A stretch of 64,000 nt of DNA from Octopus sinensis (Eukaryota). The position numbers and the translations under genes are program-made. The notes under the pieces are model-generated. The model did no database searches. It was given only the letters and a program-made list of their open reading frames with translations, and was not told the DNA's origin. The stretch is taken from assembly GCF_006345805.1 (NCBI RefSeq), contig NC_043013.1, positions 45,446,001-45,510,000 on the forward strand. The letters run 5' to 3'. Below, one piece after another: positions 47,557 through 59,698 of this stretch. The first letter of the stretch is position 1. Each line of letters begins with the position of its first letter.

Positions 47557-47810
47557 TATAAGCATTTTTAGAGAGTTACTTCCCTTATATAATAGCAAAA
47601 AAAATGCATTAAAAATGGGAAAAAATTATGGTAAATTTTTTTTTAAATCGTAGACTCATCGTAGATGCGCGCTAATACCCAGAAGGGCTCGATATGAATC
47701 ACGACTATAAGATACCCGCTTTTGGTTACACTGTACCGCAAAATGTGGGAATAGTTAGGAACCTAAATCGTAGGAGACCGACACACAACTTCACTTTTAT
47801 ATATCAAGAT
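47557..47810 (+). mobile_element. Lep1/HINE-like element lacking the hairpin terminus
   Basis: Matches ~15885-16228. Confidence 0.8.
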
Positions 47811-48029
47811 ATGGTCTTAAGAGATGTAGTAACCACCGAGGTGAATGGGGCATAATATCACTTAATCGAGACATCATTCGATAAATTCATCGGTAGTCAC
47901 ACGTGGGTTCATACACAACAATACATCTTTCTGGACTACGTTTGTCAGATATTCTCGTTTTAAGTAAAACTTGCTTTACTCGACGATTTCCATAAAATGA
48001 CCGGAAATGTTTGCTTACGTACGATGATA

Positions 48030-48292
48030 CACTGTTGTGTCTGGGGAGAGCCATTTTCTTTTGGTGCCTTATAATTTAACACACTCACCGGTAAAATGTC
48101 CGCTTATTCCTTATTTTTATTTTCCTAAAATTTTCGTTGCGTCTTGGAACTTTTTCAGTAGTCTTGGCCCTATGGAAAAGGTTGCAAGACACAACGAAAA
48201 TTTTGGGAAAATAAAAATAAAGAATAAGTGGAAATTTTACCGGTGAGTGTGTTAAATTATAAAGAAAATTACTCTCCCCAGACACAACAGAA
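48030..48292. mobile_element. Fold-back MITE, probably Tc1/mariner superfamily
   Basis: ~110-bp arms; termini CACTGTTGTGTCTGGGGAGAG / CTCTCCCCAGACACAACAG; TA on both flanks. Confidence 0.75.
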
Positions 48293-48422
48293 TATGCTTC
48301 AACACACGAACTCACATAAAGAATCTTGCAAACCAAATCCAAAAACGAAATACGATGATATTTTCTTCCGTTAACGTTTCACAAAGAAACTGAGCATTCG
48401 TTAAGAGTTTAATACAAACGTG

Positions 48423-48521
<99 letters not shown>

Positions 48522-48774
48522 TCACTCACTCACTCACTCACTCACTCACTGGCATTATGTAGCAGCCTTCAGCGAATTGAACACTAAGTTTCATAGTCAT
48601 CAAAAAAAGATTAGTAAAAGATATTGTCTTCATGTCAGCAAGGTAGACAACTCCGTAAGATGGCGAAGAGGGGAACTCTTTATACACCGAGTTAAGTATA
48701 TGATGTTCTGCATTGAAACCGTATTTATGTAAGAATCCTCGACCTTTCGTCCCTCCGTAATTTATAAACTAACA

Positions 48775-49194
48775 GGATCTTTTCGGTTTGAACGGCAGTT
48801 TTTTCTAGCGGTGTCATATGAAATTGTCACCCATAATTATGACCCTAGAATCGATCTATTGCATTTCAATCTCTTTTAGGGTTATGGTTTGGGGTGGGGG
48901 AAGGGTATCTTTTTTTCTTCAAAAATGTAAATAAACCCAATCTGTTTCTTAAACGAGGGACATATTCATACGGCACAGAATGTGTTTTTTTTTACCTCAA
49001 TAGACGTCATTGATTGGTTGAAATTGCAGAAATTGAAGAAAAAAACAACAAATATCTTACAAACTATAGAACCTTCTCAATAAAGCCAAGAGAAAAAGAT
49101 GTTTTATAAACACATTCTACCAGTATACGAAGTTTTAAATTTTTTAGTTAACTAGAAATTATGTTAAAAACTGCCGTTCAAACCGAAAAGATCC
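48775..49194 (-). mobile_element. Merlin-like MITE copy 9
   Basis: Perfect TSD AACTAACA (48767-48774 / 49195-49202). Confidence 0.92.
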
Positions 49195-49395
49195 AACTAA
49201 CAACAGCAATATATATTGTAATAGTTGAATCTGTTTGGTAGTGTAGCCATAAATGGCATCTCTAAACTATTTCTTTAATCCCTCTACCCTGTCTAATTTC
49301 CGGAGATCGGTAAAATAAGGGCTAATAGTAGTATGTCGAAAGAAATTTTAATTTTCCATTATCTTCGGTTCATTCACATCTAGGATACATTATAA

Positions 49396-49809
49396 GGATC
49401 TTTTCGGTTTGAACGGCAGTTTTTAACATAATTTCTAGGTAACTAAACACTTTTAAACTTCGTATACTGGTAGAATCTGTTTATAAAACATCTTTTTCTC
49501 TTGGCTTTATTGAGAAAATTCTATTGTTTGTAAGATATTTGTTGTTTTTTTCCTTCAATTTCTGCAATTTCAACCAATCAATGACGTCTATTGAGGTAAA
49601 ATCATTCTGTGCCGTATGAATATGTCCCTCGTTTAAGAAACAGATTAGGTTTATTTACATTTGTGAAGAAAAAAATATACCCTTCCCCCACCCTACCCCT
49701 AACCCTAAAACAGATTGAAATGCAATAGATCGATACTAGGGTCATAATTATGGGTGACAATTTCATATGACACCACTAGAAAAAACTGCCGTTCAAACCG
49801 AAAAGATCC
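49396..49809 (+). mobile_element. Merlin-like MITE copy 10
   Basis: Perfect TSD CATTATAA (49388-49395 / 49810-49817). Confidence 0.92.
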
Positions 49810-50498
49810 CATTATAATAATTGACTCCGTGTTTGGTTGATGCTGTTGTTTATCAACTCCAGTGGGACAAAAAGTAAAGTTCATCTCGGCAAGATTTGAA
49901 CTCAGAACAACCTAAATACTCTTCTACCAAATTTAGTTTTGTATACTATCAAAAGAAATCAATATTTAAAATTAGAAAGAAACCCATTTGTTCAAGTATT
50001 GATTGGTTCGTAACAGTACTTTTCAACCAAACACTTCTCCAACAGATCTTTTCACAGCAATTTCCTCCAACTCTAATTTACTGGCCAACTTCAATGTCAT
50101 GTTTGCATTACACGAAGTCGTGTCTGGTCAGATTTTGTTGATCACGTGGACAATATTCTAGCGAATCGCGACATCGATTGATTGTTGAATAGTCCCACTA
50201 CAACCTTGGTTCCCAAACTAAGGTCCGCAAAGCGATTTTAGTGCGTCCGCCAATTTTCAGATTTTTAATGTTCAAAACCCAAGATTTTCCGGTTTTAGCT
50301 AAAACTGGAACCATTGAACATGCACACACTACACAGAGAACCCCTAATTTACATGTTAAAAAAACCTTACAGGTAGAATGCATTTGAGGCGATGCGCGCA
50401 GGGCGTACACTCAGGTATTTGAATGCAATCGTCTCTTTGCGGCTTTGTCGATCGGTGCGGGGGTATGGGCGCAACAAGTTTAAACAGGATTGAAAATT

Positions 50499-51386
50499 GG
50501 CGGTGTAATAGCCCAGAATATATCCCTACTCAGACTATACCCCTGTCCAGACTATACCTCATGCTTGTGGAAAAATAACACAGATGTACCTCACCTATAA
50601 AAGTTGCTTCAGAACAAGATATAAAAATTTGATTCCACTCGATGAAGAATTAAAAGTTACATGTAAATTTCAATTTAAACATAGCAAATAAGAATTATCA
50701 AATGCAAAATACTTTAAAATGTACCAATAGAAACCCAACACGAATGGCTACATTTGCACGAGTCTAGGCTATGACTCATAGCACAGCTGTGCTGCGCAGC
50801 ATGCGCGAGTCGTCAGGGTTTTTTTTTTTTCCCAATCTACCTATACACTGGGTTTATATTGGTGCATTGAATATTTGCATTTCATAATTCTAAATTACTT
50901 TGTTTAAATCGAAATTTACATGTAATTTTTAATTCTTGCAGAGAGGTTGCAGCCATCTCAGCTAGCGAGACTTGATACCCTGGACTGATAACGAGCAATA
51001 CAATCAGAAACATATGTCTTCAGGTGCTTAGTCCCAGCTGGCGAGGGTGATTGCCTCCCCATTGCAAATATTAGGACACAGGAAATGTGTCAAAGCCGAC
51101 AGGAGACGTCGATGTTTCCTAGGGCTTAAATGGCGGTGGTGAAATTCCCTTACTGGACTGTCACGTTGAGTTGACGATATACGACCACTATATCGCTCCA
51201 CCACCGCTCATGTCTCTCTGAGACATTTAGAAATTTAACATTTCTAATTTTAATTCTTCCTCGATTGATATCAAATTTTATATATGTTCTGGGGCAACTT
51301 CTATAAGTGAGGTACATCTGTGATATTTGTCTGCAAGCATGGAATGTAGTCTGGGCAGGGGTATATTCTGGGCTGTTACAGCGGCC
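50499..51386. mobile_element. Old fold-back element with ~240-bp diverged TIRs; right arm interrupted
   Basis: 50499-50740 is the diverged reverse complement of 50850-50937 plus 51248-51386; GGC..GCC termini. Confidence 0.7.
50938..51247 (+). mobile_element. 310-bp non-coding insertion with TSD and hammerhead-like fold
   Basis: TTTTAATTCTT duplicated (50927-50937 / 51248-51258); CCTGGA-CTGATAA-N15-GAAAC-ATAT-GTC-TTCAGG at 50979-51024. Confidence 0.55.
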
Positions 51387-51770
51387 GTAACACCGGCTCA
51401 TTAATGACATAGTTCGCAAGAGTGGTTTATGAAGAGTTTGCGATTTGTTTTCACCATTACAAATTTACGAACGGCCTATATTTTCGACATATTTATCATC
51501 GTAAGTTCATTCTTAATTTTACTCTTTATGTTCGTATTCAATATCAATAAGCAGGGACCTAATAGGCCAATAAAAAGACAAGCTAGTGGCGCTGTCAGAA
51601 TTAAGACGTTCGTTCTACATAAAGTACGTAGCGACTTTTAGTTGAACATTTTCAAAGTCGCTACAATGGTAAGAAACTTGACCGAAGTTCAACTGAATGA
51701 CTAAAATGAGAGTATTGAAGTAAAACAAAATTAACCAATTTCAAAATAACTTCTGTATGAAAAATGTCTT

Positions 51771-51895
<125 letters not shown>

Positions 51896-51991
51896 CATAT
51901 ACAATAGTAGGGAATTTAATTCAAACTTACAGGGAAAATTCAATTTAGCAATTCTAAATGAAATTTCACGTAATATAATATATGTATATAA

Positions 51992-52077
51992 TTAGAGAAA
52001 AACCTCTATTAAACAATTCAATATGGTGCGATTAACATCTTTCACTATTGAATTGTTTAATAGAGGTTTTTCTCTAA
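51992..52077. other. Perfect 32-bp inverted repeat with 22-nt loop
   Basis: TTAGAGAAAAACCTCTATTAAACAATTCAATA at 51992-52023 and its exact reverse complement at 52046-52077. Confidence 0.95.
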
Positions 52078-52086
52078 ATTATATAC

Positions 52087-52134
<48 letters not shown>

Positions 52135-52494
52135 AATGTGCATTGTCCGTTTGATTGGAAAATTTCTATAAGTGGCTGAAGATTGCTCGACATTTTAAAA
52201 CTGATGTAATACTTACAGTGTTTAATAAAAGGAAGTAGCATGAAACGATCGTACCACATTACCTCGGATATACTTGTTGCTTATTTTGATTATAATCACC
52301 CCATGGATTTGTATGGATAATACCATACAAAATTCTGGTGCATTTGACTTAAGTACCATATTCATCTGAATCTAAATTTTTCTGAACTTATATATATATA
52401 TAAGTTCTCAACAGAGTAAAATAGTACAAAATTCCGTGCATTTACAATATAACATTTACGTATTGTTATATTTATTTGTAGACTGTATTTTACA

Positions 52495-52924
52495 AAGAAA
52501 AGGAGATATGACGAGTCATGTTTGAGCTTCGGTTTCACTGTGCTTACTGCTGGTGGAGGAGAAAAACCACAGTGTGTTCTGTGCTCTGAGGTATTGGCAG
52601 CTTCTTCGCTGAAGCCCAGCAGGCTAAAGAGGCATTTGGAAACGAAACATCCGAGTGCAGTCAACAAAGACGAGGAATTTTTCAGAAGCCAAGCTGACAG
52701 ATTGGTCAAATCCAGACTTGATGACACAGGAATGTGTATGCAAGACGTTGCGGCTGGTCTGAAAGTGTTCTACGAGGTTTCAAGAAAAATTGTTGCTGCA
52801 AAAAAAAAAAAAAAAAAAAAAAAAAACTTCACAACATTGGAGAGTAGTTGGTTCTTCCTTGCTGCAAAGATATAATCTCACTCGTACTCGGATCGTCCGA
52901 ACTACAGAAGCTTAAACATGTTTC
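52495..52924 (+). pseudogene. hAT Buster/Charlie-type transposase N-terminal remnant
   Basis: GFTV..EKPQCVLCSEVLAASSLKPSRLKRHLETKHP..EFF..CKDIISLVLGS matches the Buster1/ZBED5-type zinc finger; broken by a poly-A run and the MITE. Confidence 0.88.
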
Positions 52925-53342
52925 GGATCTTTTCGGTTTGAACGGCAGTTTTTACTAGCGGTGTCATATGAAATTGTCACCCATAATTATGACCCTAGTA
53001 TCGATCTATTGCATTTCAATCTGTTTTAGGGTAGGGGTAGGGGTGGGGGAAGGGTATCTTTTTTTTCTTCACAAATGTAAATAAACCCAATCTGTTTCTT
53101 AAACGAGGGACATATTCATACGGCACAGAATGTTTTCGCCTCAATAGACGGTCATTGATTGGTTGAAATTGCAGAAATTGAAGAAGAAAAAACAACAAAT
53201 ATCTTACAAACTATAGAATTTTCTCAATAGAGCCAAGAGAAAAAGGTGTTTTATAAACACATTCTACCAGTATACGAAGTTTAATAGTGTTTAGTTACGT
53301 GAAAATTATTTTTAAAAACTGCCGTTCAAACCGAAAAAATCC
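52925..53342 (-). mobile_element. Merlin-like MITE copy 11
   Basis: Both TIRs present; no matching TSD; abuts the Buster remnant. Confidence 0.9.
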
Positions 53343-53785
53343 TAATATTCTCTCCCGTTCTGTTTCAATCAGATTTGTTTGCATGTGTGGAATTGTTTAG
53401 AGTTTAAAAGTGGTGCGTAACAAGAGAGAATTGAGTACCGAAGTAAACATTTTGCAGCCTGTTTACAGTTTTGTCCATCTAAGTCACGAATTCAGATCCA
53501 TACGGGAGCAACTACTGCGCTTTCCATTCAAACCCTTGAATTCTAAAAATATAAATACCACACGAATACACACAGACAAATAAATAGCTGCCAAACACGA
53601 AATTTGTATCTTACGTCAATGTGAAATATCAACATATTTTAAGAGCCAAGGAAGGAACTTCTATGTGATCACTAGAAATAACAACCAAATCTCACACTCT
53701 ACCACATTTAAAAGAAATGAGATAAGGTACACGTAAAAACAGATGATCACAAATGAAAGGGAGGTGGAACTCTTTACTACAAGAG

Positions 53786-53885
53786 CAGTGATTCCCAACG
53801 TAAGGGATACGCCCACTGGTGGGGCTTGGGAAAATTGTGGTGGGCATGGGATCCAAAATTTTTACTTTTTTTTTCTTAATGGTCA
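53786..53885 (+). mobile_element. hAT Charlie-type terminal fragment
   Basis: Starts CAGTGATTCCCAACG; partner TIR not found in the window. Confidence 0.45.
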
Positions 53886-53894
53886 TGCGATTTT

Positions 53895-56800
53895 TATTCT
53901 TTTATTTGTATCAGTCATTTGACTGCGGCCATGCTGGAGCACCGCCTTCATTGTGAATTCTTTTATTTGTTTCAGTCAATTGACTGCGGCCATGCTGGAG
54001 CACTGCCTTCATTGTGAATTCTTTTATTTGTTTCAGGCAATTCACTGCGGCCATGCTGGAGCACCGCCTTCATTGTGAATTCTTTTGTTTCAGTCATTTG
54101 GCTGCGGCCATGCTGGAGCACCGCCTTCATTGTGAAATCTTTTATTTGTTTCAGTCATTTGACTGCGGCCATGCTGGAGCACCGCCTTCATTGTGAATTC
54201 TTTTATTTTTCAGTCATTTGACTGCGGCCATGCTGGAGCACCGCCTTCATTGTGAATTCTTTTATTTGTTTCAGTCATTTGACTGCGGCCATGCTGGAGC
54301 ACCGCCTTCATTGTGAATTCTTTTATTTGTTTCAGTCATTTGACTGCGGCCATGCTGGAGCACCGCCTTCATTGTGAATTCTTTTATTTGTTTCAGTCAT
54401 TTGACTGCGGCCATGCTGGAGCACCGCCTTCATTGTGAAATCTTTTATTTGTTTCAGTCATTTGACTGCGGCCATGCTGGGCAGCACCGCCTTCATTGTG
54501 AATTCTTTTATTTGTTTCAGTCATTTGACTGCGGCCATGCTGGAGCACCGCTTCATTGTGAATTCTTTTATTTGTTTCAGTCATTGACTGCGGCCATGCT
54601 GGAGCACCGCCTTCATTGTGAATTCTTTTATTTGTTTCAGTCATTTGACTGCGGCCATGCTGGAGCACCGCCTTCATTGTGAATTCTTTTTTTGTTTCAG
54701 TCATTTGACTGCGCCATGCTGGAGCACGCCGCTCATTGTGAATTCTTTTATTTGTTTCAGTCATTTGACCGCGGCCATGCTGGAGCACCGCCTTCATTGT
54801 GAATTCTTTTATTTGTTTCAGTCATTTGACTGCGGCCATGCTGGAGCACCGCTTCATTGTGAATTCTTTTATTTGTTTCAGTCATTTGACTGCGGCCATG
54901 CTGGAGCACCGCCTTCATTGTGAATTCTTTTATTTGTTTCAGTCATTTGGCTGCGGCCATGCTGAGCAACCCGCCTTCATTGTGAATTCTTTTATTTGTT
55001 TCAGTCATTTGACTGCGGCCATGCTGGAGCACCGCCTTCATTGTGAATTCTTTTATTTGTTTCAGTCATTTGACTGCGGCCATGCTGGAGCACCGCCTTC
55101 ATTGTGAATTCTTTTATTTGTTTCAGTCATTTGACTGCGGCCATGCTGGAGCACCGCCTTCATTGTGAATTCTTTTATTTGTTTCAGTCATTTGACTGCG
55201 GCCATGCTGGAGCACCGCCTTCATTGTGAATTCTTTTATTTGTTTCAGTCATTTGACTGCGGCCATGCTGGAGCACCGCCTTCATTGTGAATTCTTTATT
55301 TGTTTCAGTCATTTGGCTGCGGCCATGCTGGAGCACCGCCTTCATTGTGAATTCTTTTATTTGTTTCAGTCATTTGACTGCGGCCATGCTGGAGCACCGC
55401 CTTCATTGTGAATTCTTTTATTTGTTTCAGTCATTTGACTGCGGCCATGCTGGAGCACCGCCTTCATTGTGAATTCTTTTATTTGTTTCAGTCATTTGAC
55501 TGCGGCCATGCTGGAGCACCGCCTTCATTGTGAATTCTTTTATTTGTTTCAGTCATTTGACTGCGGCCATGCTGGAGCACCGCCTTCATTGTGAATTCTT
55601 TTATTTGTTTCAGTCATTTGACTGCGGCCATGCTGGAGCAACGCCTTCATTGTGAATTCTTTTATTTGTTTCAGTCAATTGACTGCGGCCATGCTGGAGC
55701 ACCGCCTTCATTGTGAATTCTTTATTTGTTTCAGTCATTTGACTGCGGCCATGCTGGAGCACCGCCTTCATTGTGAATTCTTTTATTTGTTTCAGTCATT
55801 TGGCTGCGGCCATGCTGGAGCACCGCCTTCATTGTGAATTCTTTTATTTGTTTCAGTCAATTGACTGCGGCCATGCTGGAGCACCGCCTTCATTTGAATT
55901 CTTTTATTTGTTTCAGTCATTTGACTGCGGCCATGCTGGGCACCGCCTTCATTGTGAATTCTTTTATTTGTTTCAGTCATTTGACTGCGGCCATGCTGGA
56001 GCACCGCCTTCATTGTGAATTCTTTTATTTGTTTCAGTCATTTGACTGCGGCCATGCTGGCAACGCCTTCATTGTGAATCTTTTATTTGTTTCAGTCATT
56101 GACTGCGGCCATGCTGGAGCACCGCCTTCATTGTGAATTTTTATTTGTTTCAGTCATTTGACTGCGGCCATGCTGGACACACCGCCTTCATTGTGAATTC
56201 TTTTATTTGTTTCAGTCAATTGACTGCGGCCATGCTGGAGCACCGCCTTCATTGTGAATTCTTTTATTTGTTTCAGTCATTTGACTGCGGCCATGCTGGA
56301 GCACCGCCTTCATTGTGAATTCTTTTATTTGTTTCAGTCATTTGGCTGCGGCCATGCTGGAGCACCGCCTTCATTGTGAATTCTTTTATTTGTTTCAGTC
56401 AATTGACTGCGGCCATGCTGGAGCACCGCCTTCATTGTGAATTCTTTTATTTGTTTCAGTCATTTGACTGCGGCCATGCTGGAGCACCGCCTTCATTGTG
56501 AATTCTTTTATTTGTTTCAGTCATTTGACCGCGGCCATGCTGGAGCACCGCCTTCATTGTGAATTCTTTTATTTGTTTCAGTCATTTGACTGCGGCCATG
56601 CTGGAGCACCGCCTTCATTGTGAATTCTTTTATTTGTTTCAGTCATTTGACTGCGGCCATGCTGGAGCACCGCCTTCATTGTGAATTCTTTTATTTGTTT
56701 CAGTCATTTGACTGCGGCCATGCTGGAGCACCGCCTTCATTGTGAATTCTTTTATTTGTTTCAGTCATTTGACTGCGGCCATGCTGGAGCACCGCCTTCA

Positions 56801-57535
56801 TTGTGAATTCTTTTATTTGTTTCAGTCATTTGACTGCGGCCATGCTGGAGCACCACCGCCTTCATTGTGAATTCTTTTATTTGTTTCAGTCATTTGACTG
56901 CGGCCATGCTGGAGCACCGCCTTCATGTGAATTCTTTTATTTGTTTCAGTCATTTGACCGCGGCCATGCTGGAGCACCGCCTTCATTGTGAATTCTTTTG
57001 TTTCAGTCATTTGACTGCGGCCATGCTGGAGCACCGCCTTCATTGTGAATTTTTTTGTTTCAGTCATTTGACTGCGGCCATGCTGGAGCATCGCCTTCAT
57101 TGTGAATTCTTTTATTTCAGTCATTTGGCTGCGGCCATGCTAGAGCACCGCCTTCATTGTGAATTCTTTTATTTGTTACAGTCATTTGGCTGCGCCCATG
57201 CTGGAGCATCGCCTTCATTGTGAATTCTTTTATTTGTTTCAGTCATTTGACTGCGGCCATGCTGGAGCACCGCCTTCATTGTGAATTTTTTTTGTTTCAG
57301 TCATTTGACTGCGGCCATGCTGGAGCACCGCCTTCATTGTGAATTCTTTTATTTGTTTCAGTCATTTGACTGCGGCCATGCTGGAGCACCGCCTTCATTG
57401 TGATTTTTTTTGTTTCAGTCATTTGACTGCGGCCATGCTGGAGCACCGCCTTCGTTGTGAATTTTTTTGTTTCGGTCATTTGACTGCGGCCATGCTGGAA
57501 CACCGCCTTCATTGTGAATTTTTTTTTTTTTTCAG
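53895..57535 (-). repeat. 61-bp satellite (~60 monomers) derived from the SINE B 3' tail
   Basis: Monomer TTCATTGTGAATTCTTTTATTTGTTTCAGTCATTTGACTGCGGCCATGCTGGAGCACCGCC is the reverse complement of the SINE B tail plus a ~9-bp linker. Confidence 0.95.
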
Positions 57536-57684
57536 TGCAAACATACTGCACCTTTACTCAGCCTAGCCAAGCAAACTGTGCGAAGACTATTACAGTATAG
57601 CGCTGTTTTGATACCCTAGACTGGATATTTCTTTGGGGAAAGTATATAATTATGAAATATAGATTTCAAATTTTGACCAGCAAG

Positions 57685-57800
57685 TTCAGGGGAAGGGGTC
57701 AGTCGATTACATCGACTCCAATTCTCAACTGGTGTTTATTTTATCGACCTCGAAAGGATGAAAGGCAAAGTCGACCCCGGCAGAATTTGAACTCAGAATA
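57685..57800 (-). mobile_element. SINE family A, partial
   Basis: GTCGATTACATCGACTCC..CGACCTCGAAAGGATGAAAGGCAAAGTCGACCCCGGCAGAATTTGAACTCAGAA. Confidence 0.8.
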
Positions 57801-57934
57801 TAAAAAATAAAGTTGTTTATTTTACAACCACCGGTGAGGCAAACATTTTTTGAGAAAATTATAGTGAGGAAAATAGGTTAGGAAACACTGCATTTCGGTC
57901 GGTCCTGATAGATTTTGGTTTAAATTTCTAACAA

Positions 57935-58309
57935 CACTAGCACTATGATCCGGCAACGCCGGGTCATAGTGCTAGTGCATACATATACAGCTGCGTGCGT
58001 GCGCATATACACGCGAGTACTGTCCAAATCTCCGACCAATCACATACAGCAAGCTGGCATTCAATTGGCGTATCAAGTTTCAGGCATTTTGATTAGGTTT
58101 TGGATAGAAAATTCACAAAAAAGTCGCTTCTATTGATATTTTAATGGCTTCGTGGGGTGACTGAGGAAATGTAAAGATGTGCACGACCACCCTTGGACGG
58201 TTTTGAATGACCATAGAAAGTGCAAACCCTCTAACTGAAAAACTGTGGATTTGTATAAAGGATACACACACACACAGACAGACATTTTGCCGTTTATATA
58301 TAGAGAGAT
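57935..58309 (+). mobile_element. Hairpin-ended Helitron/HINE-like element, copy 2
   Basis: CACTAGCACTATGATCCGG-CAACG-CCGGGTCATAGTGCTAGTG start; body highly similar to 18855-19228. Confidence 0.75.
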
Positions 58310-58680
58310 TAGGTCATATAAAGTCATTAAACCAAAATGCATCATAAATATTCGATTGTATTAAGACATGGCAATTGTGGGGGCAACTTTAGTAGTCTGT
58401 ATCACCTTTGGGCACTTCGTACTAATTTAGAATAACATCAGAAGTGTTAATCGGTGCATTATCGTTCTGGAAGATTGCGTTATTACCAAGAAGCAATGTT
58501 TGTACTAAAAGAAGACATGACCAGCTAAAATATTCAGATAATCTTTTGTCTTAACTCTACCACGTAGAACAACTAAAGGGTCAAAAGAATTCCGTGGTAT
58601 GCCCAAATTATCAGTCACCTCCGTGCGTCACGGTAAGGGGGCGATCTTACGATACTAGTCACACGACTGTCATTTAGAAA
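58310..58680 (-). pseudogene. Tc1-like transposase remnant
   Basis: Minus strand TV(T)HGG..NSFDPLVVLRGRVKTKDYLNILAGHV..AIFQNDNAPINTS..PPQLPCLNTIEYL (KHGGG, FQDDNAP and WPPQSPDLN.IE motifs, decayed). Confidence 0.7.
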
Positions 58681-58688
58681 CCTCGTGT

Positions 58689-58876
58689 GTTTATTTACAT
58701 TTGTGAAGATGATCGTCGGTTTCCGTAATTTTTTTTTATTTTTTTACATATGGGGTTATGGGGAAAGGGGATCCTTTGAAGTGAAAGCGAAAGAGACAGG
58801 GAGAGCGCGATTTGTGAAGGAAGTTCTTTTGAAGTTGGCGTGAATCGGAAGAATTGATGTGCGTACGTGTGTGTGT

Positions 58877-58940
<64 letters not shown>

Positions 58941-59649
58941 TAACTGAAATTTTTTATTCACTTTTTGTAGTGAGTGAATGTGAGAGTGATGACAGAAAAG
59001 CGAGACAGAGAGATTATGTATGCATGTATGTATGTATGTATGTACGTATGTATGTATGTATGTATGTATGTATGTATGTATGTATGCATGCATGCATGCA
59101 TGTATGTATGTATGTATGTATGTATGTATGTATGTATGTATGTATGTACGTATGTATGTATGTATGTATGTATGTATGTATGTATGCATGCATGCATGCA
59201 TGCATGCATGTATGTATGTATGTATGTATGTATGCATGCATGCATGCATGCATGTATGTATGCATGCATGCATGCATGCATGTATGTATGTATGTATGTA
59301 TGTATGTATGCATGCATGCATGTATGTATGTATGTATGTATGTATGTATGTATGTATGTATGAATGGCTTCAGTGATATACACGCACGCACGCAGGTTAT
59401 TATGTATGTATGTATGTATGTATGTATGTATGTATGTATGTATGTATAGATGTATGGCCGAGAGAGAGAGAGAGAGAGTTAACTGAAATTTTTTATTCAC
59501 GTTTTGTAGTGAGTGAATGTGAGAGTGACTGACAGAGAAAAGGAGAGAGAGGGTATGTATGTATGTATGTATGTATGTATGTATGTATGTATGTATGTAT
59601 GTATGTATGGCTTCACTTACACACACACACACACGCGCGTATACACACA

Positions 59650-59698
<49 letters not shown>

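Noticed and set aside
53895-57535. CRISPR-like regular array
   Set aside because: Monomers are contiguous with no unique spacers, there are no cas genes, the context is eukaryotic, and the unit is a SINE tail.
54014-57566. Repetitive ORFs MNSFICFSHLTAAMLEHRL..
   Set aside because: Stop-poor frames of the 61-bp satellite; the period is not a multiple of 3.
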